Assembly (NCBI GenBank): GCA_002378195.1
Contig: DFRJ01000001.1
Coordinates: forward strand, 29,517-93,516
DNA from: Patescibacteria group bacterium UBA3466
GTDB lineage: Bacteria > Patescibacteriota > Minisyncoccia > Phycocordibacterales > UBA918
DNA: 64,000 nt
Direction: 5' to 3'
Shown: piece after piece, positions 20,920 through 30,345 of the stretch
Layout of the letters: each line of letters opens with the position of its first letter
Numbering within the stretch: the stretch's first letter is position 1
Notes under the pieces: generated by a model
Seen by the model: only the letters and a program-made list of their open reading frames with translations
Told to the model about the DNA's origin: nothing
Database searches by the model: none
Program-made: the position numbers and the translations under genes

Positions 20920-20994
20920 CTAACGAAAAAATATCGGGATATCATCGGCCGGTTTGTCTGGCGCCACAGGCGCCTTAGGCAAACCGGCCATTTC
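20920..20994. repeat. 75-bp direct repeat, orphan copy of the comEC 3' end
   Basis: Identical to 22406-22480. Confidence 0.95.
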
Positions 20995-21043
20995 TGTCTC
21001 TACTTAATAGTGCGGCAAAATGCTGCCATGCTACAATCACAAC

Positions 21044-21925
21044 ATGCATGAGCCAAAAAAGTTAGTTCTTGTAACTGGAGCTTCTGGTGCAATTGGGCGA
21101 GACTATTTGGAAGAATTTTCCGAGTTACCTGAATTTGATTGCGTTGCTATTGCTAGGAGAGAATTTGAAACCTCAGCTGATAATTTTACTTTTTTAGAGC
21201 TTGATTTACTTGATGAGGCAAAAGTAAACGAATCAATACAAACCATAGATTTTTCAGTATATTCTGAAGTTGTGTTCATACACTCTGTTGGGATGTTTAA
21301 ATACGAACCAAATGGTGAGCCCTCAATAGATAATGATGAAGATGGTATCGATGATGAAGTATACAAAACAAACATTGAGACCTTTGTAAATATCATTAAA
21401 CCACTTTATAAAAGAATGCTGCAATCTGAAGAAGGCTTTAAGTTGTCACTATATGGAATGGGGTCTGTGTCTGACAAACATCAAATCAAATACTGGCAGT
21501 CTTACACCAAATCAAAAAACATTCTCCGTTCAATCATATACAACCTAATTCAAGAGAATCCGGAACAAGTTAAAGGCATGATGTTCAATGTCAGTACAGT
21601 AGACACAGAAAAGGAAAACGAGCTAAGACCTAACGCTGAAAAAACTTATTGGCTTAGCGGTAAAGAAATTGCCGTAGCAACGTTACCTTTTATTATTAAA
21701 GGTAAGTTCGGAGAATGGAAAGAGTTGGACATTTTTAAGAACTCACCACTTTTTGAAGATGGATACTATGAAAACTTAAGTGAAATTAGAAAACGCTGGG
21801 AGCAACAAATGAAGCAGAATGAAAATCCGGGTGAAAATATTTTTGAAGAAATTGACGGCGAGGTAGCAACTCGCCTCTTTGAAGCTAAGCCGCCTCTAGA
21901 TGGACCTTTCTTTAAATTTAGGTAG
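21044..21925 (+). CDS. SDR/Rossmann-fold protein
   Basis: LVLVTGASGAIG and YTKSK (YxxxK). Confidence 0.7.
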   Translation: MHEPKKLVLVTGASGAIGRDYLEEFSELPEFDCVAIARREFETSADNFTFLELDLLDEAKVNESIQTIDFSVYSEVVFIHSVGMFKYEPNGEPSIDNDEDGIDDEVYKTNIETFVNIIKPLYKRMLQSEEGFKLSLYGMGSVSDKHQIKYWQSYTKSKNILRSIIYNLIQENPEQVKGMMFNVSTVDTEKENELRPNAEKTYWLSGKEIAVATLPFIIKGKFGEWKELDIFKNSPLFEDGYYENLSEIRKRWEQQMKQNENPGENIFEEIDGEVATRLFEAKPPLDGPFFKFR

Positions 21926-22361
21926 AAAGCAATTTTTCTACATCAATAAACATAGGTGTACCTTCCCACAACATCTCAAACATCTGCTTCACTGTTTGAA
22001 ATATTGCATCATCATCAATTGTGATCACCTTTAAATCATCATAAGAAATAAGTACTACCCTGCCCTCAAATACAATTAAGTCAGTATCGATTTTAGTTTC
22101 TCTTGGAAGATATCGTATCTCCTGAGTTTCATTGTTGTAATAGTCAGCGTACGGAACTGGACGATTGTTACCAGCTATTAATTCTTTTACATACACGCCG
22201 GCTTTTGCAACACGTTCTCCTATCTCTCTTGAATAGTCGCCCCACTGGTCAACTACTGCATCAGTAGAGTAGAGAGAATAGTACCAATCGACAAGAGGTA
22301 ATTGCTCATAAATGTCGTGGATCGCTTCTTCACCTTTTGTTACTAGTACTCCTTCTATCAT
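21918..22361 (-). CDS. TrmB-like regulator effector domain (no HTH)
   Basis: KGEEAI..IY, EIRYLP, DLIVFEGRVVLIS, KQMFEMLW pattern. Confidence 0.55.
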   Translation of the reverse strand: MIEGVLVTKGEEAIHDIYEQLPLVDWYYSLYSTDAVVDQWGDYSREIGERVAKAGVYVKELIAGNNRPVPYADYYNNETQEIRYLPRETKIDTDLIVFEGRVVLISYDDLKVITIDDDAIFQTVKQMFEMLWEGTPMFIDVEKLLST

Positions 22362-22405
22362 GTTTTGGATTATAGCACAGGGAAATAAAACATGAATGTT
22401 ATAGC

Positions 22406-23965
22406 CTAACGAAAAAATATCGGGATATCATCGGCCGGTTTGTCTGGCGCCACAGGCGCCTTAGGCAAACCGGCCATTTCCTTTTCCTCTTCAACTACCC
22501 AACCGTTGCCGTTTTTTCGATAATTTGCATAAGCTATAAGCATCACCATCAATAAATACATGAACGGCACTAAATAGGCTGGAAAACTTGGTACACTCAC
22601 GGCAGCAAAAGGCAAAGATGCAAAGCGCTCAGCGACTACCAAAATGTAGTTGAGGCTCAAATCAGCCAGATAAGCGATCGGTTGCGCTAACGTAATAGAA
22701 ATTAACCCCACTACTCCTGTCAGAAACGTTAGTAGCATAGCAACCGGCACTACCGGCAACACTAAAACATTAACGACAATCGCTACTAGCGACACTTCCC
22801 CAATATGGTAAAGCAAAAGTGGTAAAACAGCGATCTGAGTAGTGAGAGTGGCCACCAAAAACTCCGAGATTTTAATTTTCTTAGCACTCAAGAGAGCTGT
22901 TTCAAAATATGGTGACAAAATAATCAAGCCTAATGTCGCCATAAATGATAGCTGAAAACCAATGTCATACAAAAGTAAATACGGATTGATAGCAATCATT
23001 ACTAAACCAGCAAAAATTAGCGCTCGCATCACATTGTATTCACGTCCAAACGACTGGGCAAACAACACCAACGAAGCCATGATGCTGGCGCGCACCACGG
23101 TAGCTGATAAACCAACAATCAAGGCAAAAGAAACAATTGCTACCAATCCAGCCACAAAGCGCCAGCGTAGTGGTAGAAAGAATGAGAAAATAAATAGAAT
23201 AAAAGCTACTACCAGCATTACGTTGTAGCCAGACAAAACCACAATGTGAATGATGCCAGTTTTTCGAAAATCTTCCTCAATATCATCTCCCAAAGAAGAC
23301 TGCACTCCCAACAAAAGTCCGTTGCCCAGTGCCACTTCCGGCTCCGGAATAGTCTGTTTTACCGAATTGATAAAAGCGTGCTTGGCGGCCAAAAGCATGC
23401 CCACAAACCAATTACCACCACCTGAATCAAGCACCGACACCTCCGCAAAAGATAGGCGATACTCCACACCGCGAGCTTTGAGATAATTTTCATAATCAAA
23501 AGTACGGCCTAGATCAGTGGTAAACGAAGTTGGTTTATCTAAGCGCCCGGTTATCTGCACCCGATCTCCATAAGACAAATCTGTTAAACGATCGGCACTC
23601 ACCAACACTCGATCATCAGAAGTTGTTACATAAAACTGCACCTGATTAGCTCGGTAATCCGGCTCTTCATCAATTACTCCGATCAATTCGATCGAGCTGC
23701 CGACAGACTCTTCCAGGTTAGACTTACCAAATTGCCAAGTCGCTAGCTCCGTTCGAAAAATCCCCAACGCGAGCGCTAGCATGATTACACTGAGTCCCAA
23801 AACCGGCTGACACAGAGTCTGACAAGAACGCTTTCGCCACCATAAAGCCAAAGCCAGACTAAGCACCATCAGCCAGACCACGTACTCAGACGAAATATTA
23901 AATATAGTACGAGCGGCAATTCCACCAGTAAAAGAAATCGCTATGACTTCAAATAAATAGCGCAT
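22406..23965 (-). CDS. comEC: Competence protein ComEC (DUF4131 plus membrane Competence domain)
   Basis: TGIIHIVVLSGYNV, VVRASIM, DIGFQLSF. Confidence 0.92.
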   Translation of the reverse strand: MRYLFEVIAISFTGGIAARTIFNISSEYVVWLMVLSLALALWWRKRSCQTLCQPVLGLSVIMLALALGIFRTELATWQFGKSNLEESVGSSIELIGVIDEEPDYRANQVQFYVTTSDDRVLVSADRLTDLSYGDRVQITGRLDKPTSFTTDLGRTFDYENYLKARGVEYRLSFAEVSVLDSGGGNWFVGMLLAAKHAFINSVKQTIPEPEVALGNGLLLGVQSSLGDDIEEDFRKTGIIHIVVLSGYNVMLVVAFILFIFSFFLPLRWRFVAGLVAIVSFALIVGLSATVVRASIMASLVLFAQSFGREYNVMRALIFAGLVMIAINPYLLLYDIGFQLSFMATLGLIILSPYFETALLSAKKIKISEFLVATLTTQIAVLPLLLYHIGEVSLVAIVVNVLVLPVVPVAMLLTFLTGVVGLISITLAQPIAYLADLSLNYILVVAERFASLPFAAVSVPSFPAYLVPFMYLLMVMLIAYANYRKNGNGWVVEEEKEMAGLPKAPVAPDKPADDIPIFFR

Positions 23966-24045
23966 AAGCTAGTGTAACAGGTCACTCCAATCTAAATAAT
24001 AAAAACCCAGCCAATTTCGGCTGGGTTTTCGGACAGAAGCGATGG

Positions 24046-24438
24046 CTAAGCAGCTACCTCGCACGATTCTTCAGGTCCGCGTAAAGCTTCCTGTTCAATA
24101 TCGAAATTTCCGTCTCCAGAATACTGCTTACCGACACTGAAGTCATCGCCTCGCTCACCACCGGCATCATCCGGTTCCGGCTGGTCTTCAGCGTCAGTTT
24201 CTTGTTCGGTCTGATTGTTGTCTGCAGTCGAGGCTGCTTCGAGCTCTGCGATCCGATCCTTGAAGGACGACTTCAGAACCATGAGCGCCTGTGCGTCGGC
24301 ATAACGAGTACGTCCGGCTTCCATTTTTTTGATGGTCGCTTTAAGGTACTCATACTGCCGCTTCAGACCAGGCAGCACGTCGTAATAGTCATTCAGGACC
24401 TGCTCCCAATCCGCAAAACTCTTGTTATCAATAGACAT
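24046..24438 (-). CDS. Hypothetical protein
   Basis: GAAGGA before ATG; terminator at about 24001-24029. Confidence 0.55.
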   Translation of the reverse strand: MSIDNKSFADWEQVLNDYYDVLPGLKRQYEYLKATIKKMEAGRTRYADAQALMVLKSSFKDRIAELEAASTADNNQTEQETDAEDQPEPDDAGGERGDDFSVGKQYSGDGNFDIEQEALRGPEESCEVAA

Positions 24439-24523
24439 CAAAACGCTTTCCTTCTGTTGATGAACTAAAAATGGTGAAGTCTTTCGACCCACCGCGACTT
24501 ATGAGAGTACAGTATAAATAAGG

Positions 24524-24937
24524 TTAGTCAAGTAGTTTATCTAACAATTGTCTTGGCTCTCGATTGTCTTTCTCTTTCACCAATTTTGGTTCGAGTGCAG
24601 GAAAGCAAGCTACTCGTAAATTGTATATTTCAATAAAATGTCCGATGAGACTAACATCCTTTATTTCCGCCTTTGCTGATAGGTGCTGGATCAATGACTC
24701 ACATTCAGACTGTAAGGTGTGTGAAAATTTATTCAAACCATCGCCAAATTTCTCGCGCAGTAACTGCAAAGCTCGTACCGCCGCAAAATATTCCGCATAT
24801 TCGCTAGTTGCGTTGCCAATTTCCTCAGCCTGAGAAAATACTTCCTTGCCTTGCTTGTCAGTCACCACTATCCCAATCGCTGCCGGACCAAGTCCATCTT
24901 TCGCAGCTCCAGCAGTTTTAATAATTAGCTCTTTCAT
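24524..24937 (-). CDS. RNase H-like protein, probably inactive
   Basis: TAGAAKDGLGPAAIG, IGNATSEYAEY; catalytic Asp positions substituted. Confidence 0.7.
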   Translation of the reverse strand: MKELIIKTAGAAKDGLGPAAIGIVVTDKQGKEVFSQAEEIGNATSEYAEYFAAVRALQLLREKFGDGLNKFSHTLQSECESLIQHLSAKAEIKDVSLIGHFIEIYNLRVACFPALEPKLVKEKDNREPRQLLDKLLD

Positions 24938-24970
24938 AATTGCACCCTAGCACACAACGAGCGCCTGGCG

Positions 24971-25666
24971 CTACCCTCCAAATTCAGCCCTAATTTCTGA
25001 TTCCTCTTCAGCCGTAAGCGCTTTTTTAAAACGAGCCTTCTTGCCTTTGACGCGTGCTTCGCACTCAAGCCAAGTAGCGTGCGTCTCAATCACTCCGTCT
25101 ACTTCGCTGACATAAGAAAAGGCTTTCATGTTGCTGCGCTTTCTAGCTTCGCTACGGGCGGCAGCTTTCTCTTTATCATATTCAACATTTTCTATCTTAT
25201 GTTGGTAGGCAGATCGAGGGCCAGCAAATAACTCGACAGGTTTTTTGTCACCAAAATCTGATGCGATAGTATCTGCTCGCTCATTTCCAATCAGCCCGAC
25301 GTGCCCAGGTACTTTGTGCCATTCAATTTCCACCTGCTTCTGCAAATCAAACAATTCTTGCCAAAGCTCTTTATGCAAAACATCGGTATCGTTCTTGGTC
25401 TTCCAGCCATTTTTAATCCAGCCAAACACCCAGCCTGTTGCTCCCTCTACGACATACTTCGAATCAGTATAAATATGAAGAGTTTCTTCTGCCTCTCGTC
25501 CTTCTTTAAGAGCTTCTACCACCGCCTTCAATTCCATTTCATTATTGGTGGTTTCTGACTTTCCTTCTCCAATCTCTGTCACTGTATCTCCTAATAACAA
25601 AACAGCACCGTAACCTCCCGGGCCGGGATTTCCCTTGGCTGCTCCGTCAGTAAAAATTAAATTCAT
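24971..25666 (-). CDS. rnhA: Ribonuclease HI with C-terminal viroplasmin-like hybrid-binding domain
   Basis: FTDGAAKGNPGPGG, TNNEMEL, TDSKY, GNERAD; C-terminal TWLECEARVKG. Confidence 0.92.
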   Translation of the reverse strand: MNLIFTDGAAKGNPGPGGYGAVLLLGDTVTEIGEGKSETTNNEMELKAVVEALKEGREAEETLHIYTDSKYVVEGATGWVFGWIKNGWKTKNDTDVLHKELWQELFDLQKQVEIEWHKVPGHVGLIGNERADTIASDFGDKKPVELFAGPRSAYQHKIENVEYDKEKAAARSEARKRSNMKAFSYVSEVDGVIETHATWLECEARVKGKKARFKKALTAEEESEIRAEFGG

Positions 25667-25733
25667 GTGTATTAGACTATCATAAAAAATGAGCACCTTG
25701 CTGTTACAAGATGCTCCGGCCGAACACGAAGAA

Positions 25734-25976
25734 TCACAACTTGAGCAAATCGGCCTCGTGCTCTTTTCGCCTAACTTGGCCGTCGACAATTCGACCGAGT
25801 CGGGTATAGGTGATCGCAAATCCTTTTGCTAAAGGATTTGCGTGTGTAATCTCCCCGTAATGAATACGTAAATCGGCTAAAAGCACGATACGATTTCCTT
25901 CAATGCTCACTAGGCAGCCGTCGAGACTGTAGACTCCTTGAGGGACCCAGATTCTTTCTTTGCAATTCCTACTCAT
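25734..25976 (-). CDS. Hypothetical protein
   Basis: 80 aa, GAGGAGG RBS. Confidence 0.45.
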   Translation of the reverse strand: MSRNCKERIWVPQGVYSLDGCLVSIEGNRIVLLADLRIHYGEITHANPLAKGFAITYTRLGRIVDGQVRRKEHEADLLKL

Positions 25977-26027
25977 ACTCCCTCCTCGAAGTTGAGTGAC
26001 TAATTCACAGCTATAGTGTCAGCTGAT

Positions 26028-27713
26028 CTAAATAATGTCAACAATCATCATGCGAATCTGTCGTCGTCCCATAAAAAATGATTGTTCAACATTAGCCAAA
26101 AGAGTAAACGGTGTGTTAGCTGTCGGCACCTTATTAAAATCTTCTGGTTTTTGGAAAAACGATATCGCTTCAAGCTGGCCATTCTCACTATCAAAAATAA
26201 TCTTGGTGTGCTCTTTAGTTTTACCAAATACATCTACTTGGCGAGGGGTAACATTCTTGAAGGCAAAGACGGGTTTGTGATTGCCGGTACCAAATGGCGC
26301 CAACCTCTCGAGTTCTTTAATGATGAGTTGGTTTACGTCATTGAGACTAAGCTCCGCATCAATTTGCACCTCTTCTTTAATTTCTGCTTCAGCCCCCAGT
26401 TCGTGCATTGCTTCATTAAGACTTTGCCCGAAGCTGTGAATATGCTCGTCTTTTACTGAGAATCCGCCGGAAAAATGATGCCCGCCATGTTCAATAAATA
26501 CGTCTTTGCAACCCTCCATCAAAGTGACAACGCTGACCGTACCTCCTGAACGACACGATCCTTTATAGACACCATTGCCATCAGTTCCCCACAAAAACAC
26601 CGGCTTGTTATATTCTTCTGCCAGCTTGCTGGCAGCTAACCCTACCAGTGACGGCCGCCAATCAGGGCTACCCATCACTAGCACCGCCGGCACTTCTTCC
26701 AGAGCCTTCAATCGCTTATGTATGTCTTTGGTCATTAAAGCGACTTGGGTCTTCCGGTCCTGATTTAATTTTTCTAAATGCTCCACTCGCTCACTAGCTT
26801 TTTCAAGATCTGTCTCAGCCAACATATAAAAAGCATCTTCGGGCGTGTCCATCCGTGAAGCAGCATTTACGCGTGGACCGATAGTAAAGCCGATGTCTTC
26901 CTCTGTGAGGTACAACTGATTGACTCGGGCTTTTTTGAGTAGTTGTTGCAAACCGGGACGACGAGATTTGCGAAGTACCTTAAGTCCGTAATGAGCGAGG
27001 GCGCGGTTTTCATCCACGAGCGGCACCATATCCGCGATGGTAGCTACCCCGACCATATCTAGCCACCATTTTTCTTTACCAGGTATTAAACCATAATCAT
27101 TTCGCTCAAGGAGAGCCTGGATCAATTTAAATACTACTCCCGCTCCACAAAGGCCATCAAAGGGATAATTGCCTAATTTTGGATTCACGATTGCCACCGC
27201 CTTTGGCAGCTCTGTCGGAGCTTCGTGATGGTCAGTAATAATTACACCTACCCCCTCCTTCGTGGCATGCGCCACCTCTTCAACATTTGAAGTTCCACAA
27301 TCGATGGTAATGATAAGCGACACTCCATCTTCTTTTAGTTTATCGACTGCCTTTGTACTCAAGCCAAATCCTTCAAAGTGACGATGTGGAATGTAATTTT
27401 GAAAATTGGTGTAGCCAATTGAAGTAAAGAAATCATGCAGAACTACTGCTCCTGGAATTCCATCGCAATCATAATCACTGAAGATTCCAATTCTTTCGTC
27501 ATTTTTCATCGCTTCCTCGATCCGAACACAAGCGGCTTCCATATCATTCATAGCCTTTGGATCGTGCAAATGAGTTTCGTAATTAGGAGCTAAAAACTCA
27601 TCAACTTCTGCTTTTTTAGTGATGCCTCGAGCGAGTAGTAGCTGATTAAGTAAAGGTGATAACGATTCATCAATCACTTTGTCATTCACTTCCGGAAATT
27701 TATAAATCGCCAT
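26028..27713 (-). CDS. recJ: ssDNA-specific exonuclease RecJ
   Basis: DYDCDG, TIDCG, TDHH, GSCRS, GGH DHH/DHHA1 motifs. Confidence 0.95.
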   Translation of the reverse strand: MAIYKFPEVNDKVIDESLSPLLNQLLLARGITKKAEVDEFLAPNYETHLHDPKAMNDMEAACVRIEEAMKNDERIGIFSDYDCDGIPGAVVLHDFFTSIGYTNFQNYIPHRHFEGFGLSTKAVDKLKEDGVSLIITIDCGTSNVEEVAHATKEGVGVIITDHHEAPTELPKAVAIVNPKLGNYPFDGLCGAGVVFKLIQALLERNDYGLIPGKEKWWLDMVGVATIADMVPLVDENRALAHYGLKVLRKSRRPGLQQLLKKARVNQLYLTEEDIGFTIGPRVNAASRMDTPEDAFYMLAETDLEKASERVEHLEKLNQDRKTQVALMTKDIHKRLKALEEVPAVLVMGSPDWRPSLVGLAASKLAEEYNKPVFLWGTDGNGVYKGSCRSGGTVSVVTLMEGCKDVFIEHGGHHFSGGFSVKDEHIHSFGQSLNEAMHELGAEAEIKEEVQIDAELSLNDVNQLIIKELERLAPFGTGNHKPVFAFKNVTPRQVDVFGKTKEHTKIIFDSENGQLEAISFFQKPEDFNKVPTANTPFTLLANVEQSFFMGRRQIRMMIVDII

Positions 27714-27756
27714 AATAGTGACTTATGTTAACATTTATCAATAATTGACTAAAGTT

Positions 27757-28164
27757 ATGGAAACTATTTTTTCGAAAATCATTGCTAAGGAAATCCCAGC
27801 CGATATTGTGTACGAAGATGATCAGATACTGGCTTTTTTAGACATCAAACCAGTCAACCCTGGCCACACTTTAGTAATTCCAAAAGAACCAGTAATTGAC
27901 GGGGTAGAAGCTTCAGAAGAAACAATGGCGGCAGTTATGCGTGTCGCTCAAAAAGTAGCTCGAGCCCAAAAGAAGACACTCGGCTGCACTGGAGTAAATT
28001 ACATCATGAACAATGGCGAAGATGCCGGACAAGAAGTATTTCATGCTCATATGCACGTCATCCCACGCTACAAAGACGACAATACTTTTTCTTCGCCAAA
28101 TCACAATGACTACAAAGAGGGTGAGGTAACTGAAATTGCCGACAAACTAAGGGACACAATTTAA
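27757..28164 (+). CDS. HIT family hydrolase
   Basis: HAHMHVIPR histidine triad. Confidence 0.93.
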   Translation: METIFSKIIAKEIPADIVYEDDQILAFLDIKPVNPGHTLVIPKEPVIDGVEASEETMAAVMRVAQKVARAQKKTLGCTGVNYIMNNGEDAGQEVFHAHMHVIPRYKDDNTFSSPNHNDYKEGEVTEIADKLRDTI

Positions 28165-28187
28165 AAAAGCCCCTGGCGGGGCTTTTT

Positions 28188-29303
28188 TTATTTGAGTGAA
28201 TCCAGTACTGGAGTACTACCCTTTTCAAGCAGTGTCAGCATCGAGCCCCCGCCAATCGAGACAAAGCCAAATAGATTATTAATCTCAAGTTTTTCTACCG
28301 CTGCCACTGTGTCACCGCCCCCGATAACACTAAAGGCGTCTGCCCCTGCGACATGCCTTGCAGTGATTTCAGTGCTTTGGGTGTAACCCATCTCATAGGC
28401 ACCAAATGGACCGTTCCAAAGAATGGTTTTGGCTTTTTCGATGTAAGTCGCCAACATCTCAATTGTCAGCGGACCACAATCAAAAATCTTTTCTTCAGGA
28501 GTGACTTCATCGAGATTCTTCACTTTCCGTCCGTCAGGACCATCGACAATTACATCGATAGGGATGAGTAGTTTTTTACTATTCAGAAATTCTGCCCCTT
28601 CGAGCGACACATCAGACACCAGTGATTCACCCACTTCGTAACCCTTAGCTTTGAAGATATCATTCGCGATTGCTCCCCCGATAAATACATGATCGTACTC
28701 AGCAAGGTATTTCTCTACGAGTGGCATCTTGGTATCAAACTTGGCTCCACCAAGCAGGAACAGCGAGGGGCTTTCCGGTTTCATAGCCTTGCTAAGTTGC
28801 TCGACTTCTTCTGAGAGAGTGAGGCCGGCGTACGCAGGCATAACTTGAGCTACTCCATAGGTAGAGGCATGCTCTCGGTGGGCGGCTGCAAAAGCATCAT
28901 TTACATACACTTCTCCCAGTTCGGCTAATTGCTTTACAAACGCTGGATCATTATTTTTTTCACCCTCATTTTGTCTAGTATTTTCAACCAAAATAATATC
29001 ACCATCACCCATAAGTTCTTTTCTCTGTAGCAGACCATCAGTACCAATTGCCCCGCCCCAATGCACTGGAAGATATTTTTCTAGCTCATCAAACACCGGC
29101 TTGAGTGTTTCATTTGGTTCACGGCCGATGTGTGCAACCACAATAGTTTTAGCACCCTGCTCGTGCAGATATCGCAAAGTTGGCAGCGCTCGCTCGAGTC
29201 GAAATTTATTACGTATCTTTCCATCTTTCAATGGAATATTGAGAGATGCTCGCAGTAATACATACTTACCTTTCAGATCACCTGCTTCGGTAATTTTCTT
29301 CAT
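28188..29303 (-). CDS. pgk: Phosphoglycerate kinase
   Basis: VNDAFAAAHR, GGAK, WNGP, GGGDT. Confidence 0.96.
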   Translation of the reverse strand: MKKITEAGDLKGKYVLLRASLNIPLKDGKIRNKFRLERALPTLRYLHEQGAKTIVVAHIGREPNETLKPVFDELEKYLPVHWGGAIGTDGLLQRKELMGDGDIILVENTRQNEGEKNNDPAFVKQLAELGEVYVNDAFAAAHREHASTYGVAQVMPAYAGLTLSEEVEQLSKAMKPESPSLFLLGGAKFDTKMPLVEKYLAEYDHVFIGGAIANDIFKAKGYEVGESLVSDVSLEGAEFLNSKKLLIPIDVIVDGPDGRKVKNLDEVTPEEKIFDCGPLTIEMLATYIEKAKTILWNGPFGAYEMGYTQSTEITARHVAGADAFSVIGGGDTVAAVEKLEINNLFGFVSIGGGSMLTLLEKGSTPVLDSLK

Positions 29304-29304
29304 A

Positions 29305-30063
29305 CTAAATTGTTGCGTTAATAATAGCCGTAAAGTCTTCAGCCTTGAGACTAGCTCCTCCTACCAAAAAACCATTCATGCCACCGTCTTGGTGTAATTC
29401 TGTGGCGTTGTGCGGCTTCACAGATCCACCGTAGAGCAACCTAACATTACGAGCTGTTGCTCGGTCATATATTTTAGTTAGCACACTTTCGATAAATAAT
29501 TGCATCTCCTTTACATCTTCTGCTGTAGCAGTTTTACCGGTACCGATTGCCCAAATTGGCTCATAGGCGAGAACTACTCTTTTCATTTGAGCAGGTTTAA
29601 GTGTTTTTGCTAAGCTGCGAATCTGTTTTTGTACAAAGTTGAAAAAATCTCCTTTATCATCACGCTTACTTTCCCCGATGCAAACAATGGGAGTAAGTTT
29701 GTGTTTCAGTACCATTGCCACCTTCTGAGCCACATCCTCATCATTCTCTCCCATGGCTCGGCGCTCAGAATGCCCGATGATCACAAATTCTACCCCTAGG
29801 TCTTTCAATTGCAGCACGGACACTTCTCCAGTGTGTGCTCCCATGTTTTTGTGATAAACATCTTGTGCTGCTAATGACGTCGGGGTCTTAGAGATTTTCT
29901 TACCCACTTCTGACAAATACGGAAATGGGGGAGCCACTGCAACATAGGCATCGGTTATTTTTTTGTTCTTACGAGCTACGCCAGCGGCTAAATCGCTAGC
30001 TTCTTTTAGAGTAATTGGATTTAATTTCCAATTTCCAACAACTAGGGCGTGTGTTTTTTTCAT
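29305..30063 (-). CDS. tpiA: Triosephosphate isomerase
   Basis: GNWK, GHSERR, AYEPIWAIGTG, YGGSV. Confidence 0.97.
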   Translation of the reverse strand: MKKTHALVVGNWKLNPITLKEASDLAAGVARKNKKITDAYVAVAPPFPYLSEVGKKISKTPTSLAAQDVYHKNMGAHTGEVSVLQLKDLGVEFVIIGHSERRAMGENDEDVAQKVAMVLKHKLTPIVCIGESKRDDKGDFFNFVQKQIRSLAKTLKPAQMKRVVLAYEPIWAIGTGKTATAEDVKEMQLFIESVLTKIYDRATARNVRLLYGGSVKPHNATELHQDGGMNGFLVGGASLKAEDFTAIINATI

Positions 30064-30118
30064 ACTTGAGAATTGTAGCACGCAAAAAAATCTCCTTTCG
30101 GAGATTTAACTGCAATAT

Positions 30119-30345
30119 AAACGTGCCCAAAGCTGCATACTGAGTCCCGCATATCGTCTCGTAAGCATCGACGATTCCTCGCTCGCGCTCGGAGGAGGTA
30201 AATCGTGACCAGGTAATTCTGTGATGGAAAGTACCTACTCTGCAAACGTGCCTAAAGATTAGTTTTTGTCCCACTTATTTCCTCATAAATATCGGAAATT
30301 TCTGACTCTCGTCAGAATCAGGTAGAAAGCTAAGCAGTTTGCTTT
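30119..30345 (-). other. Structured intergenic element after the pilX-like gene
   Basis: CTACCTGATTCTGACG can pair with the gene end CGTCAGGATGGGTAG; AAACGTGCCYAAAG direct repeat at about 30119 and 30244; AGGTACTT...TTACCTG stem. Confidence 0.4.

Noticed and set aside
25667..25819. N-terminal extension of rnhA in the ORF track
   Set aside because: Homology starts at MNLIFTDG (25666), and the extension overlaps another ORF.
29996..30274. ORFs upstream of tpiA
   Set aside because: They overlap a palindromic intergenic element and show no protein features.
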